From the human T2T-CHM13v2.0 reference genome, Homo sapiens: a stretch of DNA of 64,000 bases. Within the stretch, counting starts at the first letter, position 1. Each line of letters begins with the position of its first letter. Location of the stretch: NCBI RefSeq assembly GCF_009914755.1, contig NC_060942.1; one strand, 5' to 3'. A model generated the notes under the pieces. It did not search any database. It worked only from the letters and a program-made list of their open reading frames with translations, and had not been told where the DNA came from. The translations under genes were made by a program, and so were the position numbers. Below are positions 38,403 to 52,232 of the stretch, piece after piece.

Positions 38403-40104
38403 GAAGTGACCGTTTTAATAAGGGTGTCTATAAAGGCCACCCAAAGCCAACATATTTTGGTCTATACATTCTGGAAAATGGCAATACAGGATTCTCTCCG
38501 GTTCTCAGTCTGCCCAAATGATCCAATCAAATACAGTGGGTTAGAATGTGTGAAAAAGGGCAACCTCCAAACCAGGTGAATGTATGTCATGATTCATTTT
38601 GCCCCAAGTGAGACAGCTTCGAAGGAGTGGTTTGGGCTCGCCAATGTTTGTAGCTTAATTCTCTGATTTGCCCAGTCTCAGTGCTAGATATTGACAGCTT
38701 GGGTTCGAGAGGCTGAGAATACTGTGGAAGAGGCAAGGTCACCAGATAAGAGTGTGACCATGAGACCAAGGGGTAGAGAGAGAGATCCAACAGTGGGGAA
38801 ACTGAGATAGCAGAGGGGAATGAGGGCTCGGAGGGAGCTGGGAAGGAGGGGCGATTGCAATTGAGGATGGAACCAGAGACCGTTGTTGAATTTAGGGTCA
38901 GAAAAATCTGTTGTCTAGATGAAGAATTAAATAGAGCAAAGACAATTGTTGCTCCAACTCCAGGTTTCACTCATAAAACAACGTGGGGTAGGTCTGCAGT
39001 TACCGAGTGAAGGAAACCTTGTGTCTAATTGATCCTTTTGAACATTTACCTGTAATGATAGAATTAAAACATGATCTGTGCAGCCCTCCTGCTGAAATGC
39101 TTCAAGCATGCAGTGCATGGGGGGCCGATCAGATCTCATTGCACCTCCCACTAAGGCGATGCTCAAATCTGTCATAACCATCCTCTGAATTCCATCTTGG
39201 AGGGAGCTCGTTCCATCTGTTTGTCACGAGCCCCAGTTGGAGCTGTGTGAATTTGAGCCCTTTAAAAATGGTTTTCCCTCAAAAGCTCTTTATTTGTGTG
39301 TACGTGTGTGAACTTCCCCAACAAATCTCAGATGAAGTTCACCTAGACACCATTACCACTCTGTAACTTAGTAATGGATGATATGCAAGCATAGCCTCTT
39401 CACTTCTGCTTGTAACAAAGCTGATTCCCATTCACTTGCCAGAACAGCATAAAATTCACCAGTCTCGCAGTGGCTTTGCCCACTCTGCAGTGCTCATCTC
39501 ATATTTTTATCAGCGTTTGTCAGAGACTCAGGGTTCAAACTATTGGAGGTCCAGATGACATCTGGCTTCTCAGCTCCCCCAGAATACTGGCTGCAGTGCT
39601 TATCAGTGCATTATTCATCAAAACTGATGATGCAAGGTACAACATGCTGTCTGTCGTTCAGTGTATGAGTCGAAAGGAGTTGGCAGAAATGCCTGGTGTT
39701 CTGTGAGCAGCATGTGATCAATAGTCTGGGTGCTTGTTCACTTCGTGTTGATGACTATTCCCTCTGGTACATTTCTGTATATTTTTGGGTTCACTGTACT
39801 ACCAGCTGTGCAATTTTTCTTCCTCTGTTCCTCATACCAGCCCTGATAGTCAGAGCAGAAGGATCAACCTTTTAGTGTGGTGAGTGTCAAATCAAATAAT
39901 CTAACGACCAAAAGCAGGGCAGCAGGCACTGGCAAAAAGAGACAGTTCCAATAATTTCCGAGTGTACTCAGTAATAAAATCAAATGAGCTGCGCTGATAT
40001 TCAGACTTTCTGCTATTTGACTCAAATTAAACAATGCCAATACTCCCCTTTGCTCCTTCTCAAATGACAAATCATTGGCATCCCTCTTCCCATTTTCTCC
40101 ATTA

Positions 40105-40107
<3 letters not shown>

Positions 40108-40137
<30 letters not shown>
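40108..40137. repeat. (GT)15 microsatellite
   Basis: Perfect GT run read directly. Confidence 0.95.
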
Positions 40138-40139
<2 letters not shown>

Positions 40140-40407
40140 ACTACTGTCTGTAAATCCCATTCCCTCAAATTAGAGGGGACTTAGTTCCCTTTGTTAATGA
40201 CAAATGCTCAACATTGTCACTGAGTTGAAGAGTGTGAGATGATGTTGTTAGAAATTGCACAAGATGTTCTAGAATCAATACTGAAATCCACCTTGTAATA
40301 TCTGAGATGAAGAAATTAATTTTCACTCACAAATTAAGCAACTGTCCATCTCCTACAGCTTTCAGAATTTTTTTTATTATTTTAAAAGGATGTTTGTCCA
40401 GACATAA

Positions 40408-40745
<338 letters not shown>

Positions 40746-41399
40746 GAAAAAAGCTAGTTTTAAATGGCCAAATCAGTCTCAAGTTTTAATTAACCTTTTA
40801 GCAATTATCTTAGAAAATCTTTAAGATTTTAACATTCCTTGTAATTTGGAGTTTTTAAGAGCTCATTTAGAGGCACCGCTGTCTCAGGCAGCAGTGAAAT
40901 GTGTTGTTCAGCAGGTGATTTGAAGGCTGGGTGGCCAGCATGCACCCTGGTGTTGGTCCCATGTCCATGGCTTAATAGCTGTGTCCATCATTTTTGTCAG
41001 ACCTGATGATTACTCCATGATCACCACAAAATGTTAACTGGTCTCCTGTGTCTCCACACCTCTTAGGCATTAAAAAAAGAAGGATTGTTTATTTTTAGAA
41101 TGAATAAGTCTGGCTAGCCTGATTTCTAGTTGACAGTGATACTGTTTTGTCACAATGAATACCTCAACAGGAATTCCAAACCCTAGAACTTGCTTTGGAC
41201 TCAACACATCTAACCACTCTTCAGCTGATATCCACTTGCTGACAAATGAATCTCTCTGGCCCCTGGACTGTGCCCTGAAACACAGCTTAAAACAGTTAAG
41301 TGCATAGACAATATGCCACAACATGGCACAGCTGTAGATGGGATGGGACAAAAAGAGGCAATTGTTAGAGTAGTTACTGAGGTCACAAATTCAATTTTG

Positions 41400-41655
41400 G
41401 TTAGTGTTATGGTTCAATCATGGGCTCTTATTCAGACTGCCCAGGTTCAAATCCTGGCTCTGCCATTTCCTAGCTCCGAGGCCACTAGTACAGTTAATTA
41501 ATCTCTCTGTTGTTCAATATTATTCTATGTTAAGTGTAGGTAATAATATTAGTCAGGACATAAGTTGTTGTCAGGAATAAATCGAGGTGTATCATGTAAG
41601 GGATTAGCAAGCCCCTGGCACCTAGTAAGTGTTCAATGAAAGTTATCTATTATTG
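41400..41655 (+). mobile_element. MIR SINE
   Basis: CAGACTGCCCAGGTTCAAATCCTGGCTCTGCCATTTCCTAGCT ... CTGGCACCTAGTAAGTGTTCAATGAA. Confidence 0.8.
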
Positions 41656-42629
41656 CCAGTGACTAGCAAATTGAGACTTTGTAATATTTATTTCCATTCA
41701 ATTCTATTCAACTGCAACAGTATTACTGCATATCTAACATGTTAAAGCATTGTCCTACGTGTTGAGGGATAAAAGTATAACAAAAATATGGCTCTGACCT
41801 CAAAGAACTTAGCATTGATGGAGTGAAGTTATACCTGGCTAACAGCAATGAAGGTTTGAAAATACCAGAACAGAGGCACAAACCATGTTTACACACCATT
41901 TGGGTTGAAGGAGAATCTATGATTCTTACTTGAAGTGGAAAGGAAGATGGTAGAGGACAACCAGCTGATCATTTGAGCTAATCTTGGGATGATAAGTCAG
42001 AATTATTAGTAAAAAAAAGATTGGAAGTGTGAGAGGCTATTCTGATATATTTTGGGGTGCAGGAAGATGGGAAGTTGTAGGGATTGTTCTGAGACTGACA
42101 AATGGTCTGATACACATGAAGCATGCATCTTATTTCATGGGGAGCCTGCATGACACAGAGAAAGGAGCATCAGCTTTGGAGTCGGTTTGACCTGTGACTG
42201 GATCTTTGTTCTGTCTCAATAGACATGGCCTGGCCATGATGCGGAACCTCACATCCGTTATATGTGTAACGATGATGATGATAATCACATATGTTCCATA
42301 GTGTTGTTGTGGGCATTTATGGGAATAATATAGGTAAAGCACTTGGCATTTGATAGCCACCAATGAATATTTTCTTTGTGGAGCAGAGAGTAGGAGGTTT
42401 GCTCAGCAGTTTTTCAGATAGCCCAAATGCCAGCTGGAGCTCCCCTGTGCTCTGAGGCTTAGGGAAAATAGACCCAAGCCCCCAGTGCACTTTCTATGCT
42501 GTCTCCACATTGCCAGGTCACTTCTGGTTCTGAGCTTCACCCTAACTCTCCTCGTGCCCCTTGCTTCTCTTCCAGAAGCTGTCCTTGAGCTGAGAACGGT
42601 AGGATGAAGTTTTTTTTTTTTCCCTAGGC

Positions 42630-43395
42630 AGAATGAACAGTAATCCCAGAGATCCTGAGATGAGAAAAGGGTGTTTGACTTATTCAAAGAAGACCAAGGA
42701 AGCCCAAAGACCAGAGAAGAGTGCAGGAAAGGGGCGGCGGTCTGAGATGCAGTCAGAGCAGTGGCAAGCCCCCATAGTCTGTGGCAAAGACTCCAGGTTT
42801 CATCCTGAAGAGGAAGACAGGTCTTTGGAGAGTTTTGATCAAGGAAGTGAGATGAAATATCTTAGGCTTAAAAAGAACTACTCTGACATCTAAATGGAAA
42901 ATGGACTGATGAAGCAAAAGAAGCCACAAGGAAGCCAGTTCAGAGGCTATTGAAATGCTCCAGGTGAGAGATGATGGTGGTCTGGATGAGGGATGTAAGA
43001 GTGGAAGTGGTTAGAAATGCTCTAGGGAGAAGTAAGATGACCCATTTATTGATTGGATACAAAGGGGGGAAAAAGAGGAGTCAACGGTGTGTCCAAGGTT
43101 TTTAACCAGAGCAACCAGGGTCATTACCATTTACTCCACGGGGAAGGACTGAAGGAGGAGCACATGTGGGAGGGATGAGTTCTGTTTTGTATATGCTAAA
43201 TTTTAGATGACTTTTCCCATTGACCATCTGTGTTAGTCTGTTCTAACACTGCTGTAAAGAACTACCTGAGACTGGATAACTTACAAGCAAAAGAGGTTTA
43301 ATTGACTCACAGTTCCACATGGCTGGGGAGGCCTCAGGAAACTTACAATCATGGTGGAAAGAGAAGGGGAAGCAAAGCACATCTTACATGGCAAC

Positions 43396-43426
<31 letters not shown>

Positions 43427-43710
43427 CACGCACAGGGGAAGTTGCCCCTTTTAAACCATCAGATCTCATGAAAACTCCGTCACTATCAAGGGAACAGCAC
43501 GGGGGAAACCACACCCATGATCGAATCACCTCCCACCAGGTCCCTCACTCTACACATGGGGATTACAATTCGAGATGAGGTTTGGGTGGGGACACAGAGC
43601 CAAACCATATCATCATCCATCAGGTGGAAATGTTGAGCAGGTAGTTGAACACATAATTTTGGAGTTCAGGGGAGAAGTTAGGGTTCAACATTAAATTTGG
43701 AATGACACCA
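42630..43710 (-). mobile_element. L2 LINE fragment interrupted by THE1D
   Basis: GGAAGCCAGTTCAGAGGCTATTG...CCAGGTGAGAGATGATGGTGGTCTGGA. The L2 resumes after the LTR with CATCCATCAGGTGGAAATGTTGAGCAGGTAGTTG. Confidence 0.7.
43229..43612 (-). mobile_element. THE1D/MSTA-type MaLR solo LTR with internal (GA)n
   Basis: GAGGTTTAATTGACTCACAGTTCCACATGGCTGGGGAGGCCTCAGGAAACTTACAATCATGG ... GACACAGAGCCAAACCATATCA. TSD CCATC/TCATC. Confidence 0.9.
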
Positions 43711-44518
43711 TTCTTCACTATTGGATGAAAATATTACATCTACAGCTTAAAACTGTGGGCAATAACATGCATTTTTATTTCTGACAAGGAGGAAATAAAT
43801 TTTTTCTGGGTTAGTTTGCTGTAAAGACCAAATACTCTGCAGTGCCTAGGAGGCAGGAGCCTGGGAATAAGTCCAGCTCCACATGTTGGCCTGTGTGTGT
43901 TGTCCAGTGAGGGAACTGAGAGTCCAGCACCAATGAATGTGACACACAGAGGCCCAAGTCTTGGAAGAGGAAGCAGAAATCAAAACTGCTCCAGAGCACA
44001 TCTGGAAAAAACAAGCAAAGCTCATCTTCCTTTATTTTGTGTTTTGTAACACTGAGCAATTTGATTAAAACAAATCAGCAGGACAAAAAATGAAGTTGCT
44101 TTTCTGTGGGGAGACAAAATCAATGAGAAGAATCAAGGTTGAGTAAATATCTTATGGATACTCAGGGGAGATAATATTCCAATTTCCAGAATTTAAAGGA
44201 AAATTTTTAGAATTAGTTGTTTTCTAAAACATAAAGTTACTTTTATTTTGTACCTTAAATGACATTGAAAGTATGGGGCACATGTAAGAGTAAATAGTTC
44301 ACACCTAAGAAGGTCCCAAAAGTGCTTATAATATGTTTTTTACCAGATAAGATGTGGACATTTAAAATAAAATAATGTCTTTACAAAACTATTTGCATAA
44401 GTGATTTAGATAGAGTTGGCATCTAAACCAGATTTGGTGACACAGGTGAAATGATCTGATTGGCTGTCATAAATTTCAACCCAGGCAATGACACTGGAAA
44501 AGAATCAATGCCTGTAAG

Positions 44519-44996
44519 TGTGTCGCCATGGTGGTGCACCACTCAGAGATGCCTCCAAGGGTGAACCTGCTACAAAGAGTGCGCATGGCCAACAGCCCCT
44601 GGTTGTGCTGACTTTGGGATCTGCCTCAGCTTTTGAGCAGATGTCAAGCACTTGCAAGGCAGCCTCCTGCCAATGACTGAGCAAAGCAGCAGTAGATGGG
44701 CTTGCAGTTTATTTCTGGACGGTGAGATGCTCCTTTTTGGGCCCTTCTTGTGCTGGAGCTACTCGTTGTGTTAGCCGAGGCTTTCCCAGGGCTACACCAT
44801 GGTCTGAGGCTCTCCTCCCTGTTCTTTCTTCCTTCCCTTGCACCTTTGCAAGGTGTCAGACCTCCATCATGGTCTAAAAGGCTTTTCCTAACTGCTCTTG
44901 TTTCTTTTCCCCTTTCTCTTTCAAGTCACTCTCCCCAGTTAATGTCTTGTGCTTCTAGCTCTGTCTTGGCATCTGCTTCTGGGAGGACTCAACTAG
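44519..44996 (+). mobile_element. LTR16C-like ERVL solo LTR
   Basis: GCCAATGACTGAGC, GGTCTGAGGCTCTCC, GGTGTCAGACCT, TCTTGGCATCTGCTTCTGGGAGGACTCAACTA. Confidence 0.7.
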
Positions 44997-47773
44997 TTTA
45001 TTGCGTTATCTTTTACTTTGTCATATCAGGGAGCCCCCAGGGAAGATGTGGGAAGATAATAATTAAGCTTGCTTTTATTGTTTTTCTTTTATTTGTATTT
45101 TCCCCATTAATACCAATTTTTGCTTTTTAGGAAGATATGACAAACTCTAGGTCATTCCTTGTCTCCGATTCCTGCTTTTCAGATTTCTGCTCTGGCTAGG
45201 TTACATAGATTCTTTCTGAGAGAGAATTTAGCAACTCTCAGGTTAACACTAACCTTTTGATTTAGTGTGAATAGTAACCGTTTGATTTTTAAAAAGTATA
45301 CATCTTTAAAACGTAAATTTTACTCTGACAACTAAAAAAACTACAAATTTTTATCCACTATTTTCCAATTCTTCCTTGAAGTCCTCTGATGCAGAATTGG
45401 TTTCTACCAAACATAACAGATTTATATTCTCTAACCACAACATATTTAGAGAGGAAAGATTGTGACGGTGAATCTGAAAACAACTGAGACGAAGTTGGGA
45501 TGGGTTCACCCAAATCCAAGCTTTCCTCAGATAAGAATACCAGGGCTTTCCTGAGCACAGGGCTTATTGTCAATGAATCCTCACAATTGCCAACCTCTTA
45601 GTGTCCATGTATGATTTTTATCTGATTTTTGTTTTATAAGTCTTACAAGACCCATTATCCTTCTTTCTTATTTCTCAGCTGAACAGAATCCCGACATAAG
45701 TTTGGGATCATGAACCCATGACATCAACATAGTCAGGTTGAGTATGAAGAACACTGTGCTGTGGTGACAGGGAGCCTGGTTTTTTCCTGGTTTTGGCATT
45801 AGCTCTATGTGTGACCTCAACCAAGTCACTCAAGCTGTTACAGTCTCTCTATGTGGATGAAATGAAGGGGTTGAAATAGCTACTCACTGTAGCTCTGAAT
45901 GGCTATAATTCTATGAAACTAGAAAAGAATAAAATGTGTTTATAGTCATTCTCTGACCCTATTTCTCCTTTTTTAATAAACAAAACACAATCCTAAAACA
46001 CGTTTGTTTTTTCAAAGACAGTTTTTGCTTTATTCACACTCCTTCCTCTGCTTTGTGGGATGATCTCAATGAATTTCTGAGGAACTGAGAAGACCAATTT
46101 CCAAATCATCTGGAGTAATTAATTCCAGTGGTTGGAGTTAATTATGATTAGGCAATTCATAAAGTATACGGTAGAAAAAAAGCAGCAATTGATGAGACTT
46201 CATCTGCAGTGAGATTTTTTTCAAAGGCATTCTTCTGGCAATGCATTTCAAAGTTAAACATATGTGTGCTTCAATGGTGGGAAAATAGTTTACGAGGGTA
46301 TCATTAGGTACGGGTTTGAATTATGTGCATATGGCCCTATGTATATTTTTACAGATATAATACATGGCTAATTGGTGTATAACATGGGAAAATTAATGAC
46401 TATAGCAAAGACCTCCACTCTGTCATGTTTTTTATACTATTTACTGTAGTATATTTACCAAAAAATCCATTAGTAAAATGGCATTATATTATGAAATAAT
46501 TTTAATATTGATATGAAAAATTAACAGGAATATATTGAGTATAAAAACAATAATTTGGGAAGCACTCTGTATTATAAAAATAAAGAATTTGTAATAATGC
46601 AATAACAGGCTGTATTTCTGTTTTATGATTCTGATAATAAAGCACTTAAGTTCCACTTTCATGGTTTATGCTGTTATCAGAACCCCCTAATATAATTAGA
46701 TGGCCTTGTTTTAGATAATTACTTATATTTCCTTATTGCATAGCAAAAATCCCACTGGAAAAATCCTCAATATTTTAAATGTAAGAGCTATATTGCTGGA
46801 ATAGGCCAAGAGAACTGGAAATCAACTTTACTCATAATACAGGGGCCAGGATTTTTGCAAGCTGGGTAAAAATGATAATACCACTCTCTTTCATTTTTAC
46901 TTTTTTTATATTTCACAAATTGATTTTACTTTCATGATTTCTCTTATACTATTCTCTTACCACTCCTGTGAGTTAGTTGTCATTATCCACATTTTATAGA
47001 TGGGGAAGTTCATGCTGAGGGGTTGTGGTCAGATTAAGTGGTGGAGCAGAGATTCAAACAAACACCCATCGTCTTACTCTAAAACTCCATTCTACTCACA
47101 ACTTTTGAAATCACAAGAAAAACAATCTGGTTAAGAAGTATCATGAGTATGGTATGCTTTGCAATGTTGTGTTTAAAAGTTTATTATTAAAATGTATTTC
47201 TGATCCTTTCTCAGAAATGCCTATACTTCACCTTCCACCTTGGAGTTAGATGCCTGGGTTCTAAGTCAGGTTCTGTTATCAACTGACTTTGCGTCCTTAG
47301 CCAAACAACTTGTCCACTCCAAAAGGTGGTGGTGGTGGCAGGGTTTGGACAGTTGGGGAATGGGGGGATTGAACTCTTTTTCTAGATCTAAAGCATCTGA
47401 TTCAAATTTTCTTAAACTAAAATTAACATACTGCTGACTGATTGACGATATCATTGTCATTTATGACACCATACTGTAATGTTATAGGATGCGATCAATC
47501 ACTCAGAAAGTTTCCTTCAATAAGGACAAGCTAAAATAAGCTTGCATAAGATATTTACTTAGAAAATTATTATATCTGGAAAGTTTTTCTCTAAAATATC
47601 TTATATAAATAGGGCTAAACTTAGCCTACTCTGAAGTAAGAAAAAGAAAAGAAAAGAGAAATAAACACAAAAGAAGGGATAGGAAAAAAAGGGAAGGAAA
47701 GGAAAGGAAAGGAAGAGAAGAAAAATTCTCAAACATTAATTTACCTAGTCTTAATAATTTTCATATTTTTGTA

Positions 47774-47818
47774 TTAGGTTGGTGAAATAGTAATCATGGC
47801 TTTGTCATTACTTTTAAT
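47774..47818. mobile_element. MADE1 (Hsmar1 MITE) half element
   Basis: TTAGGTTGGTGAAATAGTAATCATGGCTTTGTCATTACTTTTAAT matches one arm plus the centre of MADE1. Confidence 0.7.
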
Positions 47819-48386
47819 ACTAGTTTAGGATCAAAATCTATAGAAATATTTTAGTTATGGTGAGTAGGAAAACAATCTCACCAGTCATTTGACATTAACA
47901 TAAGCATGCTTGCTCACATTTACTGTGCTAAATTACATAGAATTGTCTAGAAATGGTACAAATGCATTTACAATTGAAAATGCAAGTGTAGCTCAAATAA
48001 TCAAATAATTGTTAAAATACTGCCCACACCTGATAGATAAATTTGGAACTAATTTCAAACTTTGTTGTAAATACAAGCATTCAACTTTTGCTCCTGAATG
48101 TCTATGACATTTCAGGTAAAAAGTTGTCAACTAAAACATTTCTATTTTATATTTCAGCCCAAGTTACATATGTTTCTTGTCTTATGCATTTACAACAAGC
48201 CCTGGTCAACTTTGTCCTAAGGAAAAAAAAATCAATGTCTTAATGACAGCACTGTTTATTATGGACTAAGCATTTATGTATATAATTTACTTCTATCTTC
48301 TAAACAACCCTGCAACTCAGGTATTGTTGTCTCAATTTTGCTCATAAGAAAAATGAACTTAGTAGTATTTACCTGCCTCTCAAGGT

Positions 48387-48452
48387 CAGTTGGTTTCATT
48401 AACCACAAAACCTACTGTCCAGTTTGTTTCATTAACCACAAAACCTACTGTC
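48387..48452. repeat. 33-bp tandem duplication (2 copies, 1 mismatch)
   Basis: CAGTT(G/T)GTTTCATTAACCACAAAACCTACTGTC at 48387-48419 and 48420-48452. Confidence 0.92.
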
Positions 48453-49419
48453 CACAAAATCTTATCACTGATTTTAGTAATTTATGCATTTATATGGTAG
48501 GAAATATGCATACCAGTGTGGTGGAAATCTCTCTGTATTGGTTTTCCTGGATCATAGGGGAATTGTAGATGTGTTCATGAGTAGTTACCAGAAATAAAAA
48601 ATTTTCCCCCAAGAGGAAAATTCCTTTATATTTGGGGATGGGTATCCATTAGTTATCTAAACTGATGCCCTTTTGTGTTCATTTATATTTTCTGTATTCC
48701 TGCCCATTCTCAAACTTTTCTGGGCTTCCTCTCACCCCCCAGCAAATGCCCAATTTTTCATGAGAGAAGGCATGACCTGGGACATTTGCCTGTTTTATAT
48801 ATAGAACTATAAAGATAACGATACCCACCAGCAAATGAGGAAACCTGTGAGCTGTAAATGCCTGTGTCTCCAACTAATTCACAGAATTCCCTCCAAGGGA
48901 GGGACTTATTTTGCATTTGAACTCCAAAACACCTTTCAAGATTGTTAAACTTAACACCAGCCTGAAAATCCCAGTCATGCTGGAGATCAATTAACTGCTT
49001 CCAGAGCTCTACTAGCAACCCTTTAAGATGTTTGCATTTTAGAGTAATTTGGCCATTATCACATTTGCATCAAATGAAAACACATCATTATTTTGAGTGA
49101 TAAGATGTTCAGTTAGAATACTCAAACCCTCTAGAAGCTTGCTTCTTTACCTACTTACCTTATCTAATGGTCAGATACCTTTTTCAGATGCCTTTTTTCC
49201 CTCTGTATCAGTGTCGAATCTCAGCTTGTCTTCTTCCGTACACTTGTTTTATTTGATTTCATTCTTTCCACTACATGATTGCTTCCCACATTCCCACATT
49301 AGGATTTATATGCTCTGAATATCCCACTCTTACATTTTTCAAGACAACTTTCTCCTGTTGCTTCAAAATTTATTACTTGACTACTTGATTACCTAATTAT
49401 TTGCCATTAACTTTAACAT

Positions 49420-50300
49420 TTTAAAATAATCTTTTATGGCAACAATTGGAGCTCATTGTAGAAGATTTATACAATTAGATAAGGAGTAAACAGAAAATAA
49501 GAATCACTGCAGTATCAGCCACCAGAAATAAACACTGTGGTGTATAATTTTCTTTATATTCACGGATATTTTTATTGTCAAATACTACAATAATAAATTA
49601 TGCTGTACAAACTGTTTTGTAACCGATGCCCACAATATAACATGAATATATTTCTATCTTTCTATTCTTTTTCAGCCTCATTTGCAATGGTTTTATAGTT
49701 TTTTCTTATATGGATATATACAGTTTATCCAAGTAATTCCCTGTTGTTAGGCTTGAGATTATTTCCATGTTTTTGGGTATCTTAAACAAGCTTATGATAA
49801 ACAACCTTGATAAATAAATCTTTGGCACATCTATAATTTCCTCAGAGTAAATTTGTAGAAGAGGGATTACTGGGATATAGCTTGTACACAATTTTAAGAT
49901 TACAAAAATAGATACATTTTTACAAAACTTCATCCAGCATAATTGTACAAATTTAGCCTCGCTAATGGTGCTGATGGTTTCTGCATTACTATTTTTATCA
50001 TCCCCAAATATTACCAATTTTAAAGTTAATTTGCTATGTAAAAATTCATTGATTTTACTAGCATTTATTGTAATATCTGAAAAAAAGTGCACTTACAAAT
50101 TTTCCTGATCTGTCTTTATATATGTGTGTATATGTATGTATGTTTATTGATTCTTCATGTTCTTTACTCACTTATTTGTTAGAGTATGAGCTCTTTCTTT
50201 CTGATTAATTCGTGAGGACATTTCCTGTATTAAAGATAGTAAAACTTTAATGTTGTGTTTGTTATAAGTATTTTTTCTAGTTTGCAAAAAGTCTATCAAT
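49420..50300 (-). mobile_element. Old L1ME fragment; boundaries approximate
   Basis: Antisense L1 3' tract (TTTCCTCAGAGTAAATTTGTAGAAGAGGGATTACTGGGATATAG). Confidence 0.6.
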
Positions 50301-50485
50301 GATTGCATTTGTTTCAACAGTTCAAAAACATGTGAGGTCATCTTTCCTTTAATGAGCTTTTTATTTTGATATCACAATTATCAGCATATTTTTGACCTTT
50401 ATATACATTTTAAGCTATAGTACAGCTTCTAGAACGCTTGTGTTTTACTTATAAAAAATATAGATTTGCATTATTTAAAAGAGTT

Positions 50486-51113
50486 TGATGTAGGATTTTT
50501 CTTCTCAGTCAGGTTGCAAGCTGGGGACCTCTGGCTGGCAATGCCCAGCCTGGGCCCCACTCAGCCTTGCTGGTGTGCCCCAGCTTGCCTGTGTTATAGC
50601 CTGTACCTGCGTTCAGTGGTCCTGAGCTCTTGTACCACACCCAAGAAGAATGAGGATATGCTGGACTTTGAAGGGTGAGGAGGGCAGAGAAGAATTTTAT
50701 TGAGCAATGAAACAGCTTTCAGTGGAGAGAATGTGGGGGTGGTTCCCTTACCTGGAGGTGGGAAAATTCCACCTGTGGCTGGGTCCAGGACCTCTTATGG
50801 ACTCAGAATGGGGAGTGTATGCTGATTGGCTTGTGAGTATGTAAAAAGGTTAAAGCGAAGATGCCACTCAAAGGTGGGCACAACAGTGTAGGAAAGCAAT
50901 TAGGAAAGGGTAGGTACATGCGAAATAAGTAAAGAGTGGGGCTCAATCAGAGGAAAGTGCACCAAACGGGAAGACAAGTTCTCAATTCAGTTGGAAGATT
51001 TAACTTGTAGCTTGGCTTTCAGGCTTTAAACTGTCTTCAGCTTGGAGGTGGGGTTTCACTGGGGAAACACCCCTATCTGCCCAGGCATATTTGGCTGCCT
51101 CCTACCTCTCTCA
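50486..51113 (-). mobile_element. ERV1 solo LTR (LTR27-like)
   Basis: TG..CA termini with a perfect 4-bp TSD AGTT (50482-50485, 51114-51117). Antisense AATAAA (TTTATT, about 50696), a CTGATTGG box, and GCTTGGCTTTCAGGCTTTAAACTGTCTT. Confidence 0.82.
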
Positions 51114-51923
51114 AGTTCAGAACAAAACAACGGATTAGAAAGGTCATAGAGAAAGAGGCAGAGGAATCTCCCCTACTACATTTCCCTTACCCACAAGATG
51201 CTTCTGGGCTGGTGGGGAAACTTTGATGCTGATGGGACATGATCTTAGAGGAGGTCAGGAATAGAGGCTCATCTTGCCCAATCATGTGGGTAGAATTGTC
51301 GTCAGCTTCTGGAACGGAAGTGACAAGGAAGCAGGGTGCAAGCCTGGCGAGCACTATTTGTTGCCTGTTCCTCTGTCAGTGGTTCAGCACATGAATGTTG
51401 CCCATCTGTAGAGGGTTGCTTTCCTTTTGGGATCATCTCCCATATCCCAGATTTCACTGAGTCCCATCCAAACTGAGTGTGAAGACCCCACCTTTCAAAG
51501 GTACCACTCCGGAAAAGAGGAGGGTGCCACTGACACCCAGAGGAACCGAGTGGTATGGAAAGGAAAACGAGGTACAACTGTGTCATGGGAAAACCCATTT
51601 TGAATGCTTTCTGTGTCGTGTCCGTCCCGCTTAAACATCTTTTCTGGCAAGAATTGGTCTTAGTCATGATGATATCTTCAATGCCTGAAGTGTAGTAGGA
51701 ACTCAGTTTCATAGAAATTCATTAAACATGGTACATGAAGGAATTGTGTTGCTTTAAAATCTGTCACCATGTTTAATTACTTTCTGATGTCTGCTAGATA
51801 ACGACGATACAAATTGTGTGTTATTAAAGTAGTGTGCAATTTACTTATTTTTAAAAGATAAGAATAACATGGTAATCGGGGCTATGTATAGTTTCAGTGT
51901 ATCATCTCAACCTCTTAATTTTA

Positions 51924-52232
51924 TTTTATTTATTTATTTATTTATTTTTGAAGACAGAGTCTCATGCTGTTGCCTAGGCTGGAGTGCAGAGGTGCAATCT
52001 TGACTCATTGCAACCTCCACCTCCAAGGCTCAAGTGATCCTCCCACCTCAGCCTCCTGAGTAACTGGGACCACAGGTGTGCACCTCCATGCCCAGCTAAT
52101 TTTTGTATATTTAGTAGAGATGGGGTTTTGCCATGTTGACCAGGCTGGTCTCAAACTTCTGGCCTCAAGTGATCTGCCCACTTTGGCCTCCCAAAGTGCT
52201 GGGATTACAGGCATGAACCACTAAGCCTGGCC
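51924..52232 (-). mobile_element. AluJb-like
   Basis: Antisense Alu with GGCTCAAGTGATCCTCCCACCTCAGCC and a (TTTA)n tail. Perfect 18-bp TSD CTCAACCTCTTAATTTTA (51906-51923, 52233-52250). Confidence 0.9.

Noticed and set aside
39624-39680. CTGATGA...CGAAA resembling a hammerhead ribozyme core
   Set aside because: Stem II cannot close (T opposite C), and no stems I or III are evident.
45241-45279. Imperfect hairpin GGTTAACACTAA...TTAGTGT...TAACC
   Set aside because: Too short and too bulged for a pre-miRNA or MITE.
51302-51712. 136-aa minus-strand ORF in unique DNA
   Set aside because: No recognisable domain or supporting exon structure. The length is compatible with chance in a 64-kb window.
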